Shown here in pieces: positions 1-13,446 of a DNA stretch of 64,000 nucleotides. This DNA is from Paecilomyces variotii (lineage: Eukaryota). The DNA is taken from NCBI GenBank assembly GCA_004022145.1, contig RCNU01000009.1, one strand, 5' to 3'. The position numbers were made by a program, and so were the translations under genes. How positions within the stretch are numbered: the first letter of the stretch is position 1; every line of letters begins with the position of its first letter. The notes under the pieces were generated by a model that was not told the DNA's origin, did not search any database, and saw nothing but the letters and a program-made list of their open reading frames with translations.

Positions 1-804
1 AGTCGCAGAGCTTGTTCCTGTGCTACCGGGTATCGTTGGGACTGCTTGTTCTATTTTATTTTATTTTTTTTCTTGGGACAATAATAATTGCGGCACTACC
101 GGACCAACAACAGAAAGAAAAAAAAAGAATCCAAAGGCCGTTCTGTCTCATCCCACCACCAAAAGCAGACGGCAATTGCGACACCGGCTTCTCCGCGATG
201 GCGACAAACCCCGGCGGCGTGACATCATCAGAGATATCTTAATCATACGTCGCAAGAAAGTGACTATATGAATATACTTATATACTTACTTACTCTCACT
301 ATCTAGACGACGATTTAACCGAATCACCTCAGCGCGGGGTTCGAAGATATTGGTCTACTCTTGCCCCGCGCTGCTGCGAGACAAGCGGCAAAGATTCCAG
401 CCACGGCGTTGCTAAGTCACCATTTTATCAAAAAAGAAGACTAGGGAATTTCTGCCGCTTCACATATGTATATATAAGAGACCTGGCGGGATATAGATTA
501 GAATACCATCAAGAATGGCGCTGATGAGAAAAGCCCATCTGTGACCTGCCCAGCTGGATCAGTCCCGGCTGTTAGACAGAGACGGATTGATCGACACTGC
601 GACACTGTAGGAGGGAAGAATAAACCTGGTGATTGGGCTGTGTTCCTGAACAACATGCGGGGGACAAGGCAGTGGAAATCTACATTCATCTTTTGATTGT
701 GAGAAGATTTGGATCGCGCAAACAACCGGAGAACAATATAAAGTCCTCCCCCATCTTTGTATTCATTATTTACAATAAACCCTATCATGAGAATCACAAG
801 TCTT

Positions 805-2952
805 CTATGACTTCGCAGCAACGGATTTCTGTTCACTCTCCATTTTCTTCGCTGGTTCTGTCTTCTCTGCTGTCCTCTCTGCAAAACGGGCTCGCGCGAG
901 CTCAATCCTCGACTTGGGACGCTCTGCGGGGCCAGAACCGTTCTCTGTTTGAGGTCCCAATCCCTTGGCTTTCGCCTTCCATTCTCCTGGTCGTCGCTTA
1001 TACAGATCCATGGACCAGTTCCGCCATACGGCTCGTCCCACGAAGGAATCGCGGAGGGTGAGCTCATTTTGTGACAGCTCCTGTGCGAACCGCTCCTTAA
1101 CGAAGAAGATGTCCTTGGTCGCGGGCCAGAGGGCATCCGCAACGTGTGAGCCGCTCGAGTGAAGGGCTAACTCGTTCATGTGGCCGAGGAAGCGCGACGT
1201 GAACTGGCGGCGGAACTGAGCGGTTGAAGTAGGAAGGGTGAGCGCTTGCTGAAGCACTCTCGAGGAAATAGGATCCATCGCCATCTGAAGCAGATCCTCT
1301 GATGACTTAGCCAAAAGACTGGAGTAGATCATTCCACTCAGCGGACCGGAGACGCCCAGCATGGTTTGCGCGAGCAAAGAGCCGTGCGTCTTTTCCGCGT
1401 TTCTGGCCGTTGGGTTCTCCGGCTCTCTCTGCGGCTCTCCCTTGGGCTGGGATTCTTCTTGACTTTCTTGTTGGGATGCTGGCTGGAGTTTCAGCATCTG
1501 ATCTAGTCTGGTGGCAGGGTCCTTGTCATATGCAGCTTCGAGAGCCTTCGCGATAGGCGCGGTGTTGACTCCGCGAACCACACATCGCTCGATTAGCACC
1601 CTGGGAACAACCAATCTGGACCGTTCAACGAGACCTTGCGCTTCAGGCAAGATCAGTTCCACAGCAGCTTGCAAGTCATCTTTACCCAGTCTCTCCAGCA
1701 CGCGTAGGACAACATACGAGGCGGTCTCATTTCGCGCGAGGGAACCAATGCGTTCCTTGATACCATTTTTGTAGAGATTTTTGAAGAGCTTTCCGGGGGC
1801 ACATCGCACAATCGTCTCGAGCAATCGTGAGCCGACTGGATCGTAGAGTAAACCTCTGACAAACAGAGCACTTTCAGACCCTTCCTCCAATGTCTCATCC
1901 GGGATGAGCCTGCGGATAATGGAGTTCTCGTCCTTTGCGCTTGACTTGCCGAAATGGGAGAGTTCCAGAGATAGCAGGACCTGCAGCACCGGGTTTCCGA
2001 CGGGGTGCGTAGCCAAGGCCCGGAGATATGTGTTGTCCAATACAGCCGTCATATCCTTCATGATCTTTTTCAAGGTATCCTCGAACGACTGCGGCACCGG
2101 CCTCCTCTGGGTGACGGCATTCTCAGCCGGAGGCTCTGCAGTTGGAGTACCGCCTAGACGTTCCTTCTTCTTGCTGGCCACGACGGACTTATTCGAAACG
2201 ACGTCGACTTGCTCACCGGCGAGCACTAAGAGAAGAACTCGGATGGTATGTGACGCAAATCGCTCCGTTAGCAGGTAACCCCAGTTTTCCTGCAACTCCT
2301 CCACGACGGCCAAGAACATATCAGCCATGGACATGTCCGGAACCTCATCTTCCTCCTCCCCTTCCTCAACATCCACCACTTTCTCTTCCTTCTTCTTTTT
2401 CGATGGTTTGTGCGTCACAGCCGGCGCGGCATGAATGAACAGTGTCTCACAACAATGACTGGCGAACCGATGTTGCACCAAGTGCAAGAAGTGGCCCAAA
2501 AATTTACCAAACAGCCTCCGAATCTGATGAACATCCGACATGGAGATCAACTTCTCCATGAGTCTCGAGCAGGACTGACTGCACGCAATCTTCAATTCTT
2601 TCCCTTTCGCTTCCCTGTAGACACTCTCGACGAATAATTGCCTCTCCTCCGCATCCTGGAACTGGTTCAACTCGAGCAGCTCGCTCGCGCGCGAGAAGTA
2701 TTCTTGCTCTTCGGTATCGAGCAGACCATAGAATGGCATATCGCCCGATGGATGGCCACCTTCATATTCATTTTGGCCTTCTCCATTCCCATCTTCGAGG
2801 GCAATGTAGTCTTCGTTGTTTTCGAAGTCGACCTGCTGCTCGTTGTCGGTAGAGGGCTTTGGCCGTTTCGTCGCAGCCTCTTCGGGGACCTCTTCACGCT
2901 TGCGCTTCTTCTCTTCGGCGCGCCGGCCTCTCTTCTGCTTTTCGCGAGGCAT
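805..2952 (-). CDS. NOP9: Nucleolar protein 9 (Pumilio/PUF-repeat 18S rRNA processing factor)
   Basis: Intronless 715-aa ORF. Basic N-terminus [14 protein letters not shown]-like repeats ([46 protein letters not shown]); C-terminal [15 protein letters not shown] typical of Nop9. Confidence 0.92.
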   Translation of the reverse strand: MPREKQKRGRRAEEKKRKREEVPEEAATKRPKPSTDNEQQVDFENNEDYIALEDGNGEGQNEYEGGHPSGDMPFYGLLDTEEQEYFSRASELLELNQFQDAEERQLFVESVYREAKGKELKIACSQSCSRLMEKLISMSDVHQIRRLFGKFLGHFLHLVQHRFASHCCETLFIHAAPAVTHKPSKKKKEEKVVDVEEGEEEDEVPDMSMADMFLAVVEELQENWGYLLTERFASHTIRVLLLVLAGEQVDVVSNKSVVASKKKERLGGTPTAEPPAENAVTQRRPVPQSFEDTLKKIMKDMTAVLDNTYLRALATHPVGNPVLQVLLSLELSHFGKSSAKDENSIIRRLIPDETLEEGSESALFVRGLLYDPVGSRLLETIVRCAPGKLFKNLYKNGIKERIGSLARNETASYVVLRVLERLGKDDLQAAVELILPEAQGLVERSRLVVPRVLIERCVVRGVNTAPIAKALEAAYDKDPATRLDQMLKLQPASQQESQEESQPKGEPQREPENPTARNAEKTHGSLLAQTMLGVSGPLSGMIYSSLLAKSSEDLLQMAMDPISSRVLQQALTLPTSTAQFRRQFTSRFLGHMNELALHSSGSHVADALWPATKDIFFVKERFAQELSQNELTLRDSFVGRAVWRNWSMDLYKRRPGEWKAKAKGLGPQTENGSGPAERPKSRIELARARFAERTAEKTEPAKKMESEQKSVAAKS

Positions 2953-3365
2953 GGCTGCGATACACGCTGTGCAGTGGGTGGGAAATGGGGTATCTTAGAT
3001 TGTGGTCGAAACCATTTGCGATGCGGTTTCGCCGTAGGAAATTTTTGGATAAGGTGTGGTCAAAGCTTCCGCGCTAGTGATATCGGGTTCCCCGTTTCGC
3101 TGTGTTTGACGAGTTTGCATTTTCAAGACACAGCTTTTAATGAGAATATGGGAAGAATAATCGGATTATTATCTATATATTACCTTGTACTGCTCGGTTA
3201 ATAGTACAGAGGAGCACTGTTTAGTGCTATAGTAAGATGTGCAGTTTAGTTGTAATTAGTCTCGCGACCCAGATCGACTATTATACTTCATTAGGTACGA
3301 AACTTTTTAATGGTACGCTTACTCCTATGTCACATATCATACATAAATTAGATAGAGATCGAACT

Positions 3366-5114
3366 TTACACTGCTGAGTATATAGCGGATACATGCTTTC
3401 CACACTCGACGCGCTGTTCCATGGACACTGTCCGGTTGCCCAGTTTTCCCTTGTGGCGTGGGATGATCTGAAGGCGTCGATCATTATCAGTCTTCTTGCC
3501 CACGGCGTCTGGAGGAGCATTGATGTTGGTAGGAGTGGGAATATTATTCCTCTTTCCCGTTCCCAGTTGCCAGTACTCATTGCCTCCCCACCAAAGAACA
3601 TCGGAGCCAAAATTCGTGTCGCTGGTTGAGCGTTGAGACGAGTCCAGATGAGTGTTGTTGTCCAAGACCGCGGACGCATGGGTAGCACCGACAGACAGTT
3701 GTCGCAGACGAATAGGGACAGTGTTCTTCCTTTTTTCATCATACTCAGCCAGGCCGCTGAGAGCTTTCACTTTGGTGGGAGCATCTTGCAAGTGCGTCCA
3801 CCTTCCATTGCCAAGTACTCCGGTAATTCCCTTTCCTGAAGCCCATGTGTCAGCAGTGATGTGCCCTAGGTCCCTAACCAGCGACTTGTCTTCCTCAGGT
3901 CCGAGAATACGAGTGGCATCCACAGTAAAGAAGGTGTTTGCGCCACCTGCTGCGATGCTCGTAGCTTTCGGGTTCCAGATCTTTCCCGGATAGAGCTTTT
4001 GCAAGGGCAGCAAAGTTGGCGCGTCGGTATAAGGGAATGCCGGATCAAATTCAATTCCCAGCTGGCCGAATCCGTTATCGCCAAATACAAACACGCGACC
4101 ATCCTTGTCGAGAAGCAAAGAATGATAATCGCCGCTGGCCACTTGCACAATCTTGGTTCCCCGGAGTGCTGTTATCTCATGGCAGGCGTCCACAGGACCT
4201 TCAGGTCTCGTGGCCCAGGTCAGGCCGGGAATACCAAGCTGACCACGGGATGGATAATGATCCGTCGCAGAAGCTGCAGAGAAGACACGCCCGGAGTTTG
4301 TGAGCAACAAAACATGCTCTTCTCCTCCGCTGATCGCAGTGACTTTCTCGCCCAGGGATAAGCGCGGTTGAAGGAGACGGTAGCTGACTCTGGCTCTGCT
4401 ACCCACATAAGGCACCCAGGAACTTTCGCGCGGCTTCGGCCCCGATTGCTGATCGTTCTTAGAGATCGGGAGCGAGTATACGTTTCCATTGGACGACAGA
4501 GCAATAACGCGATCGCGAGACATGCAAAGCGAAACGAGATTTTTGCCGGTCAGAGTCTTCGTGGGCTTGAAATCGGTCTCCGAGTATCCTTTGCCCCATT
4601 GGATCAAGTCGCCATCTTCAGATATTGCAGCACCTGATCGTTCATCAAGCTTGAGGTCCCTGAGTATCTTGCCATCGAAATAAGAGATCTTCCGTGGTAT
4701 TTTCACAATGGCTTCATTAGAATCCGGATCCACCACGCGATACTCATTTGAACCCCATGCATACACCCCCGGACTTTCCAGGCTCTTTTTCACCTGGACA
4801 TGTTGCGCACTGAGATCTTCCTTCGACGGCTTGTCAGTCCTCCTTGACTTCTCGAAAACCAGCTCTGCGGGTGTTCTCGGTGCCGGTTGAGGTTCATTTG
4901 TTAGAAAGGTGTAGCCGACAAATGCTGCTGAGCCCACACCGATCGCGCCAAGGGTAGGCCACAGCAGTGAAGACGATGGCTTCTGCTGGTTATTGCTCGC
5001 ATAGCATCGACATTGTAGTCTAGTTGGTCGCGTCCTTTTCGCGGCAGCAGCAAAAGTAGCGACTTTTGTCGCTGGTTGTCGAGTCCTGCTAGCGAGCATA
5101 GTGCAGACAGACAT
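3366..5114 (-). CDS. FMP25: Mitochondrial RCC1-repeat membrane protein (Fmp25/Bca1-like)
   Basis: 582-aa ORF. Arg-rich presequence-like N-terminus, one hydrophobic helix (LWPTLGAIGVGSAAFVGYTFL), RCC1 repeats (VYAWGSN, ISGGEEHVLLL, VASGDYHSLLL, FGDNGFGQLG). Confidence 0.85.
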   Translation of the reverse strand: MSVCTMLASRTRQPATKVATFAAAAKRTRPTRLQCRCYASNNQQKPSSSLLWPTLGAIGVGSAAFVGYTFLTNEPQPAPRTPAELVFEKSRRTDKPSKEDLSAQHVQVKKSLESPGVYAWGSNEYRVVDPDSNEAIVKIPRKISYFDGKILRDLKLDERSGAAISEDGDLIQWGKGYSETDFKPTKTLTGKNLVSLCMSRDRVIALSSNGNVYSLPISKNDQQSGPKPRESSWVPYVGSRARVSYRLLQPRLSLGEKVTAISGGEEHVLLLTNSGRVFSAASATDHYPSRGQLGIPGLTWATRPEGPVDACHEITALRGTKIVQVASGDYHSLLLDKDGRVFVFGDNGFGQLGIEFDPAFPYTDAPTLLPLQKLYPGKIWNPKATSIAAGGANTFFTVDATRILGPEEDKSLVRDLGHITADTWASGKGITGVLGNGRWTHLQDAPTKVKALSGLAEYDEKRKNTVPIRLRQLSVGATHASAVLDNNTHLDSSQRSTSDTNFGSDVLWWGGNEYWQLGTGKRNNIPTPTNINAPPDAVGKKTDNDRRLQIIPRHKGKLGNRTVSMEQRVECGKHVSAIYSAV

Positions 5115-5460
5115 TTATTCGCAGATTATCTCATAACACCTGCCGGCCAAGTAAATAACCACACAGCAGCAATTGAAGGTGTAGATATCGCAGACCTTCA
5201 CTGAGAGATCTAAAAAAGAGCTTCTGTCGTCACTTCAACGCTAAACAGATCAACAGAGGCGGCATTGGGCGGCAGAATCAGCACGAAGCTTAAGCGGCCA
5301 CGAATGACATTGTCGCTAACGGTCAACGGACGATTATTTGGCGTCAGGTCTCAATATTGATCTATGGCTTGATTGATACGGTGCCGTTCTTGTTCATGTA
5401 CCCAGGCATACGTCCCAAGACGATTCCTTAGCAAGTCCTGCCTGGGGACTGAGCCTCATA

Positions 5461-7989
5461 ATGCACAACACCGTCCGACAGCGGCCTCGGCGCCCGACAG
5501 ACCCCTGGGGTCTCCCAGTGCGCACCAAAGTTCGAGATGCTGATCAAACGGTCACCAGGCCAAAAGCTCGTAAGCTGGTGAATGAAATTGGCACGGAGGC
5601 GGACTTTGCGAGATGGTACAATGAAGTGGAGGGCGACCTGCTTGAGTCGAGCTATGAGGAATACCAGTACGCAGAACAGCTCTATACCGATATAATAGAT
5701 CCTGACGAAGAGTGGCACTAGGACCTGTCTGGATCAACTCCAGATGTCGAAATCTCATCTTGATACCCTTCTTTCCGACACATCCTCCACACTCGATCTC
5801 CTCTCTAAGCTCTCGCAGTCGTTCAGTGCGGTGGAATCTCAGACGTCCACTTTCCAAAAGCAGTGCGAGGGCCTCCTCTCCGCCCAGAAGCGCAATTCCG
5901 ACCTCGCGGATGATATCCATAAAAATCTTGAATACTATGATTTTCTGGAGCCTGCCTCCAGGAGACTCAATGCACCGGGCGCTGGAAGCACGGTCCGCTC
6001 GCAGGAGTTCTCGGATATGCTCAGGCGCCTGGACGAATGTCTGGACTATATGGAGAGTCATGTCGGTATTTCATTCATCAGTGATGGGATCCCTGGCTAA
6101 CAGTGTCCAGTCCGAACAAAAAGAGGCCGAAGTATACCGTTCTCGATATAGGCTGCTTCTTACACGAGCCCTCACTCTCATCCGTGGACATTTCGTATCT
6201 GCCCTTCGCGAAATCTCATCTGGTGTTTCGAAAAGAGTAGCTGAGAAGCAACTTAATGAGACGACCATATCGGCCCTTCTCTATGCAAAGTTCCGCGTTG
6301 GTGCGCCTGAGTTGAAACAGATCGGTCTCGAAATCCAGAAAAGAGCTGTCCCTTCGTTGGACCCCGATCAGGGCGCTGAGGCTGAGTATCAAGGTCTTCT
6401 TACGGAGCTTCACAGTAATTTTTCAGCGACGCGCAGCAAATTTATCATACCATTGGTACGAAAAAAGCTGAACGACATCGCACAGGCTCCAAGCACTTCC
6501 ACAGACTTGGTGGGATTCGCGCGTGCTAGCATAAGTTATATTCGTGGTATCTGCTTGGACGAATTTGAGCTGTGGGGAGAATGGTTCCATGGACAAACAG
6601 GCTTATATGAGTTTTTGGAGTCAATCTGCGAACCCCTTTACGATCATCTCAGACCGAGAATCCTGCGCGAGGACAAACTTGTCAAGCTCTGTCAGCTTTG
6701 CAGTCTCCTCCAGACGCGATACTTATCTGACCCGGAGGACGAGAACGAATATCTGGATCCGAATCAGCTTGACTTTTCAGTCCTAATCCAGCCTGCTCTA
6801 GAAGACGTCCAGACCCGTCTCGTGTTTCGGACCCAGGCAATTTTGCGAGATGAGATTGAGAGATACAAACCGCGTCCTGAAGATATCGATTATCCTGCTC
6901 TAAACAAGCGAATCACCGTATCCGCGACAGGGAATCAGATATCAGGTCGGAAAGTGTCGACTGCGGAGCCTACAACTCCTCTGCCAAAGACACCGATGAT
7001 CGTCGAAGAGGACACTGATCCCGTAGCAGAAGGAGAACTTGGAGAAGTCAGATGGGATTTCGACTCGCAAGCTGACGCGCAAGGATGGTACCCAACGCTT
7101 CGAAAAGCCATCTGGCTGCTCAGCAGAATATATAGACTTGTGAATGTAAGGGCGCCCCCTTTTCTAAGATTAATCATGTTGCTGACTATCCAAACAGTCT
7201 ACCGTCTTTGATGACCTAGCTCATCAGATCGTCCATCAGACGAATATATCCCTTCAGCAAGCGAGTGCACTCATATCAAGCAAAGCATCACCAGCAGACG
7301 GACAGCTTTTCTTGATCAAACATCTACTCATCCTCAAGCAACAAATTGTTGCTTTTGACATCGAGTATGTCTCTCCAGACATTTCGCTGGACTTCTCCGG
7401 CGTAACGAATACATTCTGGGAGCTTCGAGAACGCGGTGGTCTCTTCAACCCCGCAAACCTAATGCGTCTCGTCGGCCAGGGCCTGCTCCCACGAGTCGTG
7501 GAAAACATGCTAGATGCCAAGGTCGAGCTCGACGGAATGCTCAGAACCGTCATTAATGATTTCACCAACAATTTCGCGACGAGAATGACCGCATCTCTAC
7601 CCACGAAATTCGTCGATAACCGCAACATGGAACGTGGCGGCGTTATCAACCCTACATGTCGAAACATCGAGAAGGAAGTCCCCATCCTCCGACAGACCCT
7701 GGACGATTATCTCGACGATGTCCGCACAAAGGAGACTCTGGTAGGCGCCGTGCAGGATCGCGTATTACAGATGTACGAAGATTTCTTCGAAGCATACCGC
7801 ACCGCGGAGAAGAACAAGGGCAAACCAGTCAGCAAAAAGGGCAAGGGCCGCGAAGATGCAGTGTGGGACCTTGACACCTTCGCCGAATGGAGCGAGGAGG
7901 TCTTCCGGGTTGGGATTGCAGGAATACGATCTTCGGATGAAGAAGACGATGAGATGAGTCAGGACGTCAGTCGAAGGGGGAGCATATAG
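5461..7989 (+). CDS. COG3: Conserved oligomeric Golgi complex subunit 3 (Sec34), 4 exons
   Basis: ORF pieces join in frame across introns 5667-5721, ~6062-6110 and ~7146-7197. Motifs: YYDFLEPASRRLN, EAEVYRSRYRLLLTRAL, LEDVQTRLVFRTQ, WYPTLRKAIWLLSRIYRLV, DGQLFLIKHLLILKQQI. Confidence 0.9.
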
Positions 7990-8467
7990 AAGCTATCCCT
8001 GCTTCGACTCGTCTACGTTGTCACGAACAGAGGCCATATCCATATCTTGGCTCTTGACACTGTGCATGCTAATCGGGGATAGTAATGACAATGATGAGAC
8101 GAGACGAGTCCATGATCACGTCCATGTACATACATACAAACATACTCTCGTGCGGAATCTTAAGACGCATAACTCGTAATTATGTCGAGACATATGATAT
8201 AAGAAGTGAATTACTGGTACCAAGCACTGCTGTAGTCTCTCCAAATATCCAGCCATCTAGAGGCACAGAACAACGGATAATCACATATAATTTTTGATCT
8301 ATTAACTAAAAGTTCATACATGAGATTTGTAAAATCCGAATAAGTGATCTTTTCAGACTCGCAACAGACCTTGCGGGGTATTATGCAGATAGAAAAGACA
8401 TACAGCAAGCAGGAAAAGGTGTATAATAGGATCGCTAATACAGTACTGCGGGTTATAAGAGTTCGGT

Positions 8468-11400
8468 TCACAGAACGTGACGAATCTTAGCATAGAGCTC
8501 GGTATTGACAAAATTATAATATGGATCGGGTTCGCAGAAGGGGTGCTGGCTGAGAAGAGTTTGGGCTGTTGGACGCTCAGCTGAATCACTGTACATGGGA
8601 GGTTAGACTTGAAATGCCATAAATGATGGGAGGGGCATCTACTTACACCGTGAAGCAGTCATACATGAAAGCGAGAGCTGCAGGGCTGATATTCATGGAT
8701 ACATCCTCGGGAATAGGAGGTGCTTGGTTCAAGCTACCCAACTTGAAGATCGCACCGATAGCCTCTTCTTTGCTCCAAGGTCGGCGACCCGCAAACATCT
8801 CCAGGACCACACAGCCCAGTGACCAGATATCAACTTTGGCACTGTAGCCCTGGCCTTTCGATTGTACGACTTCAGGAGCCATCCAGAAGACTGAGCCCTG
8901 CATTGAGTTTGACGCATCATTGCCGTAGATATTGTCGGTTTTCTTTGAAATTCCGAAATCAGAGATCTTGCATGTGCCATCGAGATCAAGAAGGATATTA
9001 TCCGCTTTGAGGTCACGATGGAGGATTCCTTGATCATGGAGGTACGCCAATCCATCAAGAGTCTGACGAGTCAGTGATTTGACGACGCTCTCTTCAAATT
9101 TGCCATGTTTTCGCAGACAACTACCGATAGAGCCACCAGAAATATACTCTAGGTAGATGGAAATGGAGAATTCGCCTCGCTCGCAACCAAGATACTGCAC
9201 GATATTAGGATGCTCGAGATGCTGCATAGTGTCAATCTCTTGGTCCATCGCTGCTACCATCTCCTTGATTCGGTCTTTATCTTGACCTGCGAGTTTGGGA
9301 TTGATCTCGACTTGTTTCACAGCCAGAAGCTCACCAGTGTCTGCGTTGATACCGAGATACACTCTTCCATAAGTCCCCTTTCCAATCAGCTGACCCCGGA
9401 CAATTCGGAAAGTAGGCTGTCTCTGCGGGACATTTCCATGTGGAACAGAGTTCTGCGGGATAGGATCCAGTTGACTTATGCGGATGCCAGGTCTTGGACT
9501 GATTTGCATGATCTTCGCTCCAAACATTTTGGTGCTCTTACGGCGAAGGATCGTGCCGGGCTGCGCGTTATTGGACGAGGCCACACTGCGATTTCGGTGA
9601 ACTTGATGTGCTCCCTTAGCCACCTCTCTGATGGATTTCATACGGCCAAGCCCGCTAGCAGAACGACCGGCGTTGCTTCGAGACTTGCCACTTATACTTT
9701 TGTTGGCGTTCATCGTAGGCTCCCCAAAACTGAAGGAATCGGATGCTTCGCGACTAGGCTGTGGTGCTTGAGATGGACCAGCGCCATGAGACTGGTCCTC
9801 CGCTACTCCCCGGACTGGGGTTGCAACGGGCGATGCAGGGGGACTTGCTGCGCCCAAGTAGGGTTCATCGAGATCGATATCAGGGAAGTAATCGTCTAGA
9901 TTCTCTATGACTCCTTCGACCGGAGGTCTGCTCGCCCAGACATCGTCCCTGGCGAATGAACTCCTCCGTAATGATTTTTGCTCGGCGGGAGAATGACTCG
10001 AGGAGCTTGCGGCAGTGGCCGGCTGATGCGCTCTCGAGTCACTGCTTTCTCCGCTCGGGCTGTGAGCTGGAGGCCCAGCAGAGAAGTCTCCAGGAACTGT
10101 GGGTGATTTGAAGCTCACACTGAGCCCCTTTCCTGGTCTTGCCTCAGTGTTCAGTGTAAGAGATGGTTTTGCGGACTTCTTTTCGGTCTCGGGGAACGGA
10201 GACCCTGGTTGCTTCACATCTGATTCTGGTTTCCTCGCAGTCAACGGTTTGGCAAACAAACCGTCATCGGAATCCGAATCCTCGTTGTCCTGTGAAGACG
10301 ACGGTTGCTGGAATGACACCTTGGTCTCTTCAAAATCAAATTCTGGGCCGTAGGACTTGCGAGCCTTCGGTGTCGGTCGCGTTGGCTGTTCGGACGGTGC
10401 TGGTGGCGTTTCCATGCGACGCTGTTCTCGAGCCCCATTATTCGATCCCGCTGATTTTGGTGTTGTCATTACTGTTTTATAGCGCGGTCAGATATAGAAT
10501 AAACCTGCCTGATAATAGATACATACCTGGACTAGTCCTGCTTGGCCCTGTGAAGCTATGTTCGGGAGATTGCACTAGTTTCTGGCAAAAGTCAATCTCG
10601 GAAGACACTGCAGGAATAACAAAAGACCTTACGGATGGCGATGGTATAGATGGTGATGGTGTGCCGATGGCGCTTGTCATTTTCCCGACACTGGCAACGG
10701 CTGCTGCGAGACCGTGACCCAAACCATGCGCAGGACCTATCGGCTTCCGACCATCAGCCAGCTCCTCAGGAGTTAGAATTCCAGGAGGCCTGTTCTTGTT
10801 TTGATCTCCCTGGATTACAGGGGATCGCTGACCCGGTTTCTTGCTCATCGAATTGACTTTCGCTAGCGTGTGAGATTCAGACGGTGCAGATGGAGCTTTC
10901 CGTTGCGGGATAAGGTTGTCGACTCGTTTGTCTTCAAATGGAGAAGGCCTAGGCCTGTCGAAATCTATTACGCCTTCTCTTCGATAGCCTGTTTCTCCAT
11001 AATGATTTGGCCTAGGCCTGCTATCAGAGGAGCGAGGAGGGAATTCGTGGTTATCTGACTCGGGTGTTTGTTTGGATTCCCGCGGACCGTCAATAGGGGA
11101 TACACCAGCCGCCGACACACGAAGCATAGCATCTTCATCTAAAGGCTTCCTTTGCAGGTGATGTTGCCCAGATATGGGAGACATAGTGTTCTTTTCGGGC
11201 ATCGAAACGCCGAGACCAGCAAAGCGCGGTGAATGGGTGGAGGTTGAATGTGGATTCGCAGCGCGCACGTATACTTTCATCGTACCCAGAGCATCCGATT
11301 TAGTACGCCTAGAAACCAGTGCATGATCGTTCAGTGGTTCCTCGTGATCAGTCTGTCCTGGTTCGGTAGCGAAGATCTGAGCATTTACCCAATCTGACAT

Positions 11401-13446
11401 CCCTAGGTTTTGGCAGATGGCACGGCGCAAAGCGTCAGCGGAATCAAGGTCAGTCACGTCGACCAATCGGTAGTTCCAGCCATCTGCCGTGACGAAGAGA
11501 TACTTCTTTCCCCTAGAGGCAGGCTTTATCCGGACTGCCACCTTTTCATGGTCTGAAAAAGACGCAGAAGAAGGCCGCTCACCCAGTGACACATCGCTAG
11601 TATTTAGTCCAGGCTTTGTGAAAGGAAGATAACTACCGTTTTGACGTATGTTTACCGGACTCGTCGGTGATTCAAGACTCTGTTCTTCTGGAGATGGGTT
11701 GCTAGAATCGGTAAGCTTAGGTCTCTTCTTGAAAATGTTCAGAAAGCCCTTGCTGCTCTCTTTGGAATAGGATGCGCTTTCTCCGTTCCATTGACGATAG
11801 TTTGTATCTTGCGGCGACGGACGGACAGTATCCAAGCCTTGCCTTCGCGCCTCATAATACCTAGTAGGAATATCCTTATTAGGACCATGGCCAGAGCCCC
11901 CAAACGCAGAATCAGTACTGTTCCCCCGCGAGTGTTCCGACCTATACGTCAGATCGCCTGTAGACGACGATGTCAATCCCGATGGGACAAGGGTGGCATT
12001 CTGTGCGGCTGGACTGCCACTTTTAGGGCTCTCCTCATATGGTCGAAGGGGCGGGGCAGGGAAAGGTCCACTATCGCTAGCCGTCGAAGAGCTGTGTCTT
12101 CGATGCTCGCTTAATCCCTTGAGAGCAGATCGAGAAAGCTCTGAGCGAGGATACAATGTCGCAGCTTCCAAAGGGTGGGATTCATTTGCATGAGAATCGT
12201 GGCTCATAGACCCGGGGACCGGCAACGTTACCGACCGCAGCTGCGCGCTATTCCTGCGAGAATACTCGCCGAACTTGCCCTTCGCAGTATAGTTTACCGG
12301 GCTTTCAGGATTGCCTGAACTGATCGCCGAGCCCGCATCTCGCCCGAGGTTCGGTGAGCCATCCAGGCCAGCATCGAACATAGGTGAAGCAGTCAATGGT
12401 TGGGATGACCGTCGCTTCTGAAGACTGACATGTGTTGTCTCACGGCTACCATCATCGTGAATATTGCGAATCAGTTTCCGCATGCGCTTTCCTTCTTCTC
12501 GTTCACGCCTTTCACGGACCTGATCCCACCCTGTGCCGGTCCTCTGGCATTCTTTCGCCAGTTGGGGATAGACGACATTGTGCATTTTCCCCAGATTGCC
12601 TCTACCGTTGGCGCCATGGCCCAGCTCGAGAAAATCCGCTCCTTGTAATTCTAGGGACTTGAAGGTCTCTTGCCAGTCATTGGAAAACCCATTTTGTGCA
12701 AGCCATGACAACACGCGGTCCAAGGGCCATTGAACAGCAGCTTCACTTGGTGATAGACCCCCCAATGAGGCACTACTGTTATTATGACGGTGACTGGATG
12801 ACTTGGCAAGCCCAGATGCTTGCCCCGTGCTCTGCGCTGGTGGGTTCTGCGCCGAATTCGCTGGCACGTTTGGAGATACCAACTCATGAACGGTATCATG
12901 TAACACAAATGAGGACGGCATATTGCGAGTGGAGGGTGTGAGTGTGCTTTCATCTTTCCTATACAATGCGTTAGCTCTATCAGTGCCATATGATCAGATC
13001 GCGAGTCATATCCTCGAGTCCATCGCTACATGGTGGCCATACCCTTCATAAACAGAACGAGTATATGAATCAAATAGAGGAGGTATCCCGACTCCCGGCC
13101 CAAAAGACTCGCCGGCCGGGATGTAAGTCGCTGAGGTGAGGGGTTGATTCTCGCTCTGTGGCGGCAGAGGGGGCGGACGACCAAAGGCTAGGTGTTGGTT
13201 CTGTTGGTTTAACATAGGTGGATGAGGAGGAGGGGGAGGAAGTCCCCTTCCCCAGCTTTGCTGCCATCCCGGCGCGACCCCAAAGCCAGACCCCGGCGGT
13301 GGTCCTGGAGGAGGCGGAGGAATGCCATGGGGCTGTGTCTGAGGACGAGGAGGAGGCGGCGGTAATGGTATAACATGGGACTGGGGCGGTTGCGATATTG
13401 CGGGTGGAGGAGGAACCGGTATGTACGGCTGTCTCTGTCCATCCAT
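8468..13446 (-). CDS. BCK1: MAP kinase kinase kinase of the cell-wall-integrity pathway (Bck1/BckA), 4 exons
   Basis: Pro-rich N-terminal exon, a SAM-like segment (WPLDRVLSWL) and a C-terminal kinase domain (GKGTYGRV, AVKQV, HRDLKADNIL, DFG, GSVFWMAPE, DIWSLGC). Introns at ~12957-13041, ~10473-10526 and ~8589-8646. Last exon DSAERPTAQTLL...KIRHVL ends at stop 8468. Confidence 0.93.

Noticed and set aside
331-352. GGTTCGAA resembling a tRNA T-loop
   Set aside because: No T-stem, acceptor stem or cloverleaf can be built around it.
498-1142. 214-aa ORF and other ORFs overlapping NOP9
   Set aside because: Alternative-frame or antisense shadows of a real gene, with no recognisable motifs. The same applies to most short ORFs overlapping annotated genes.
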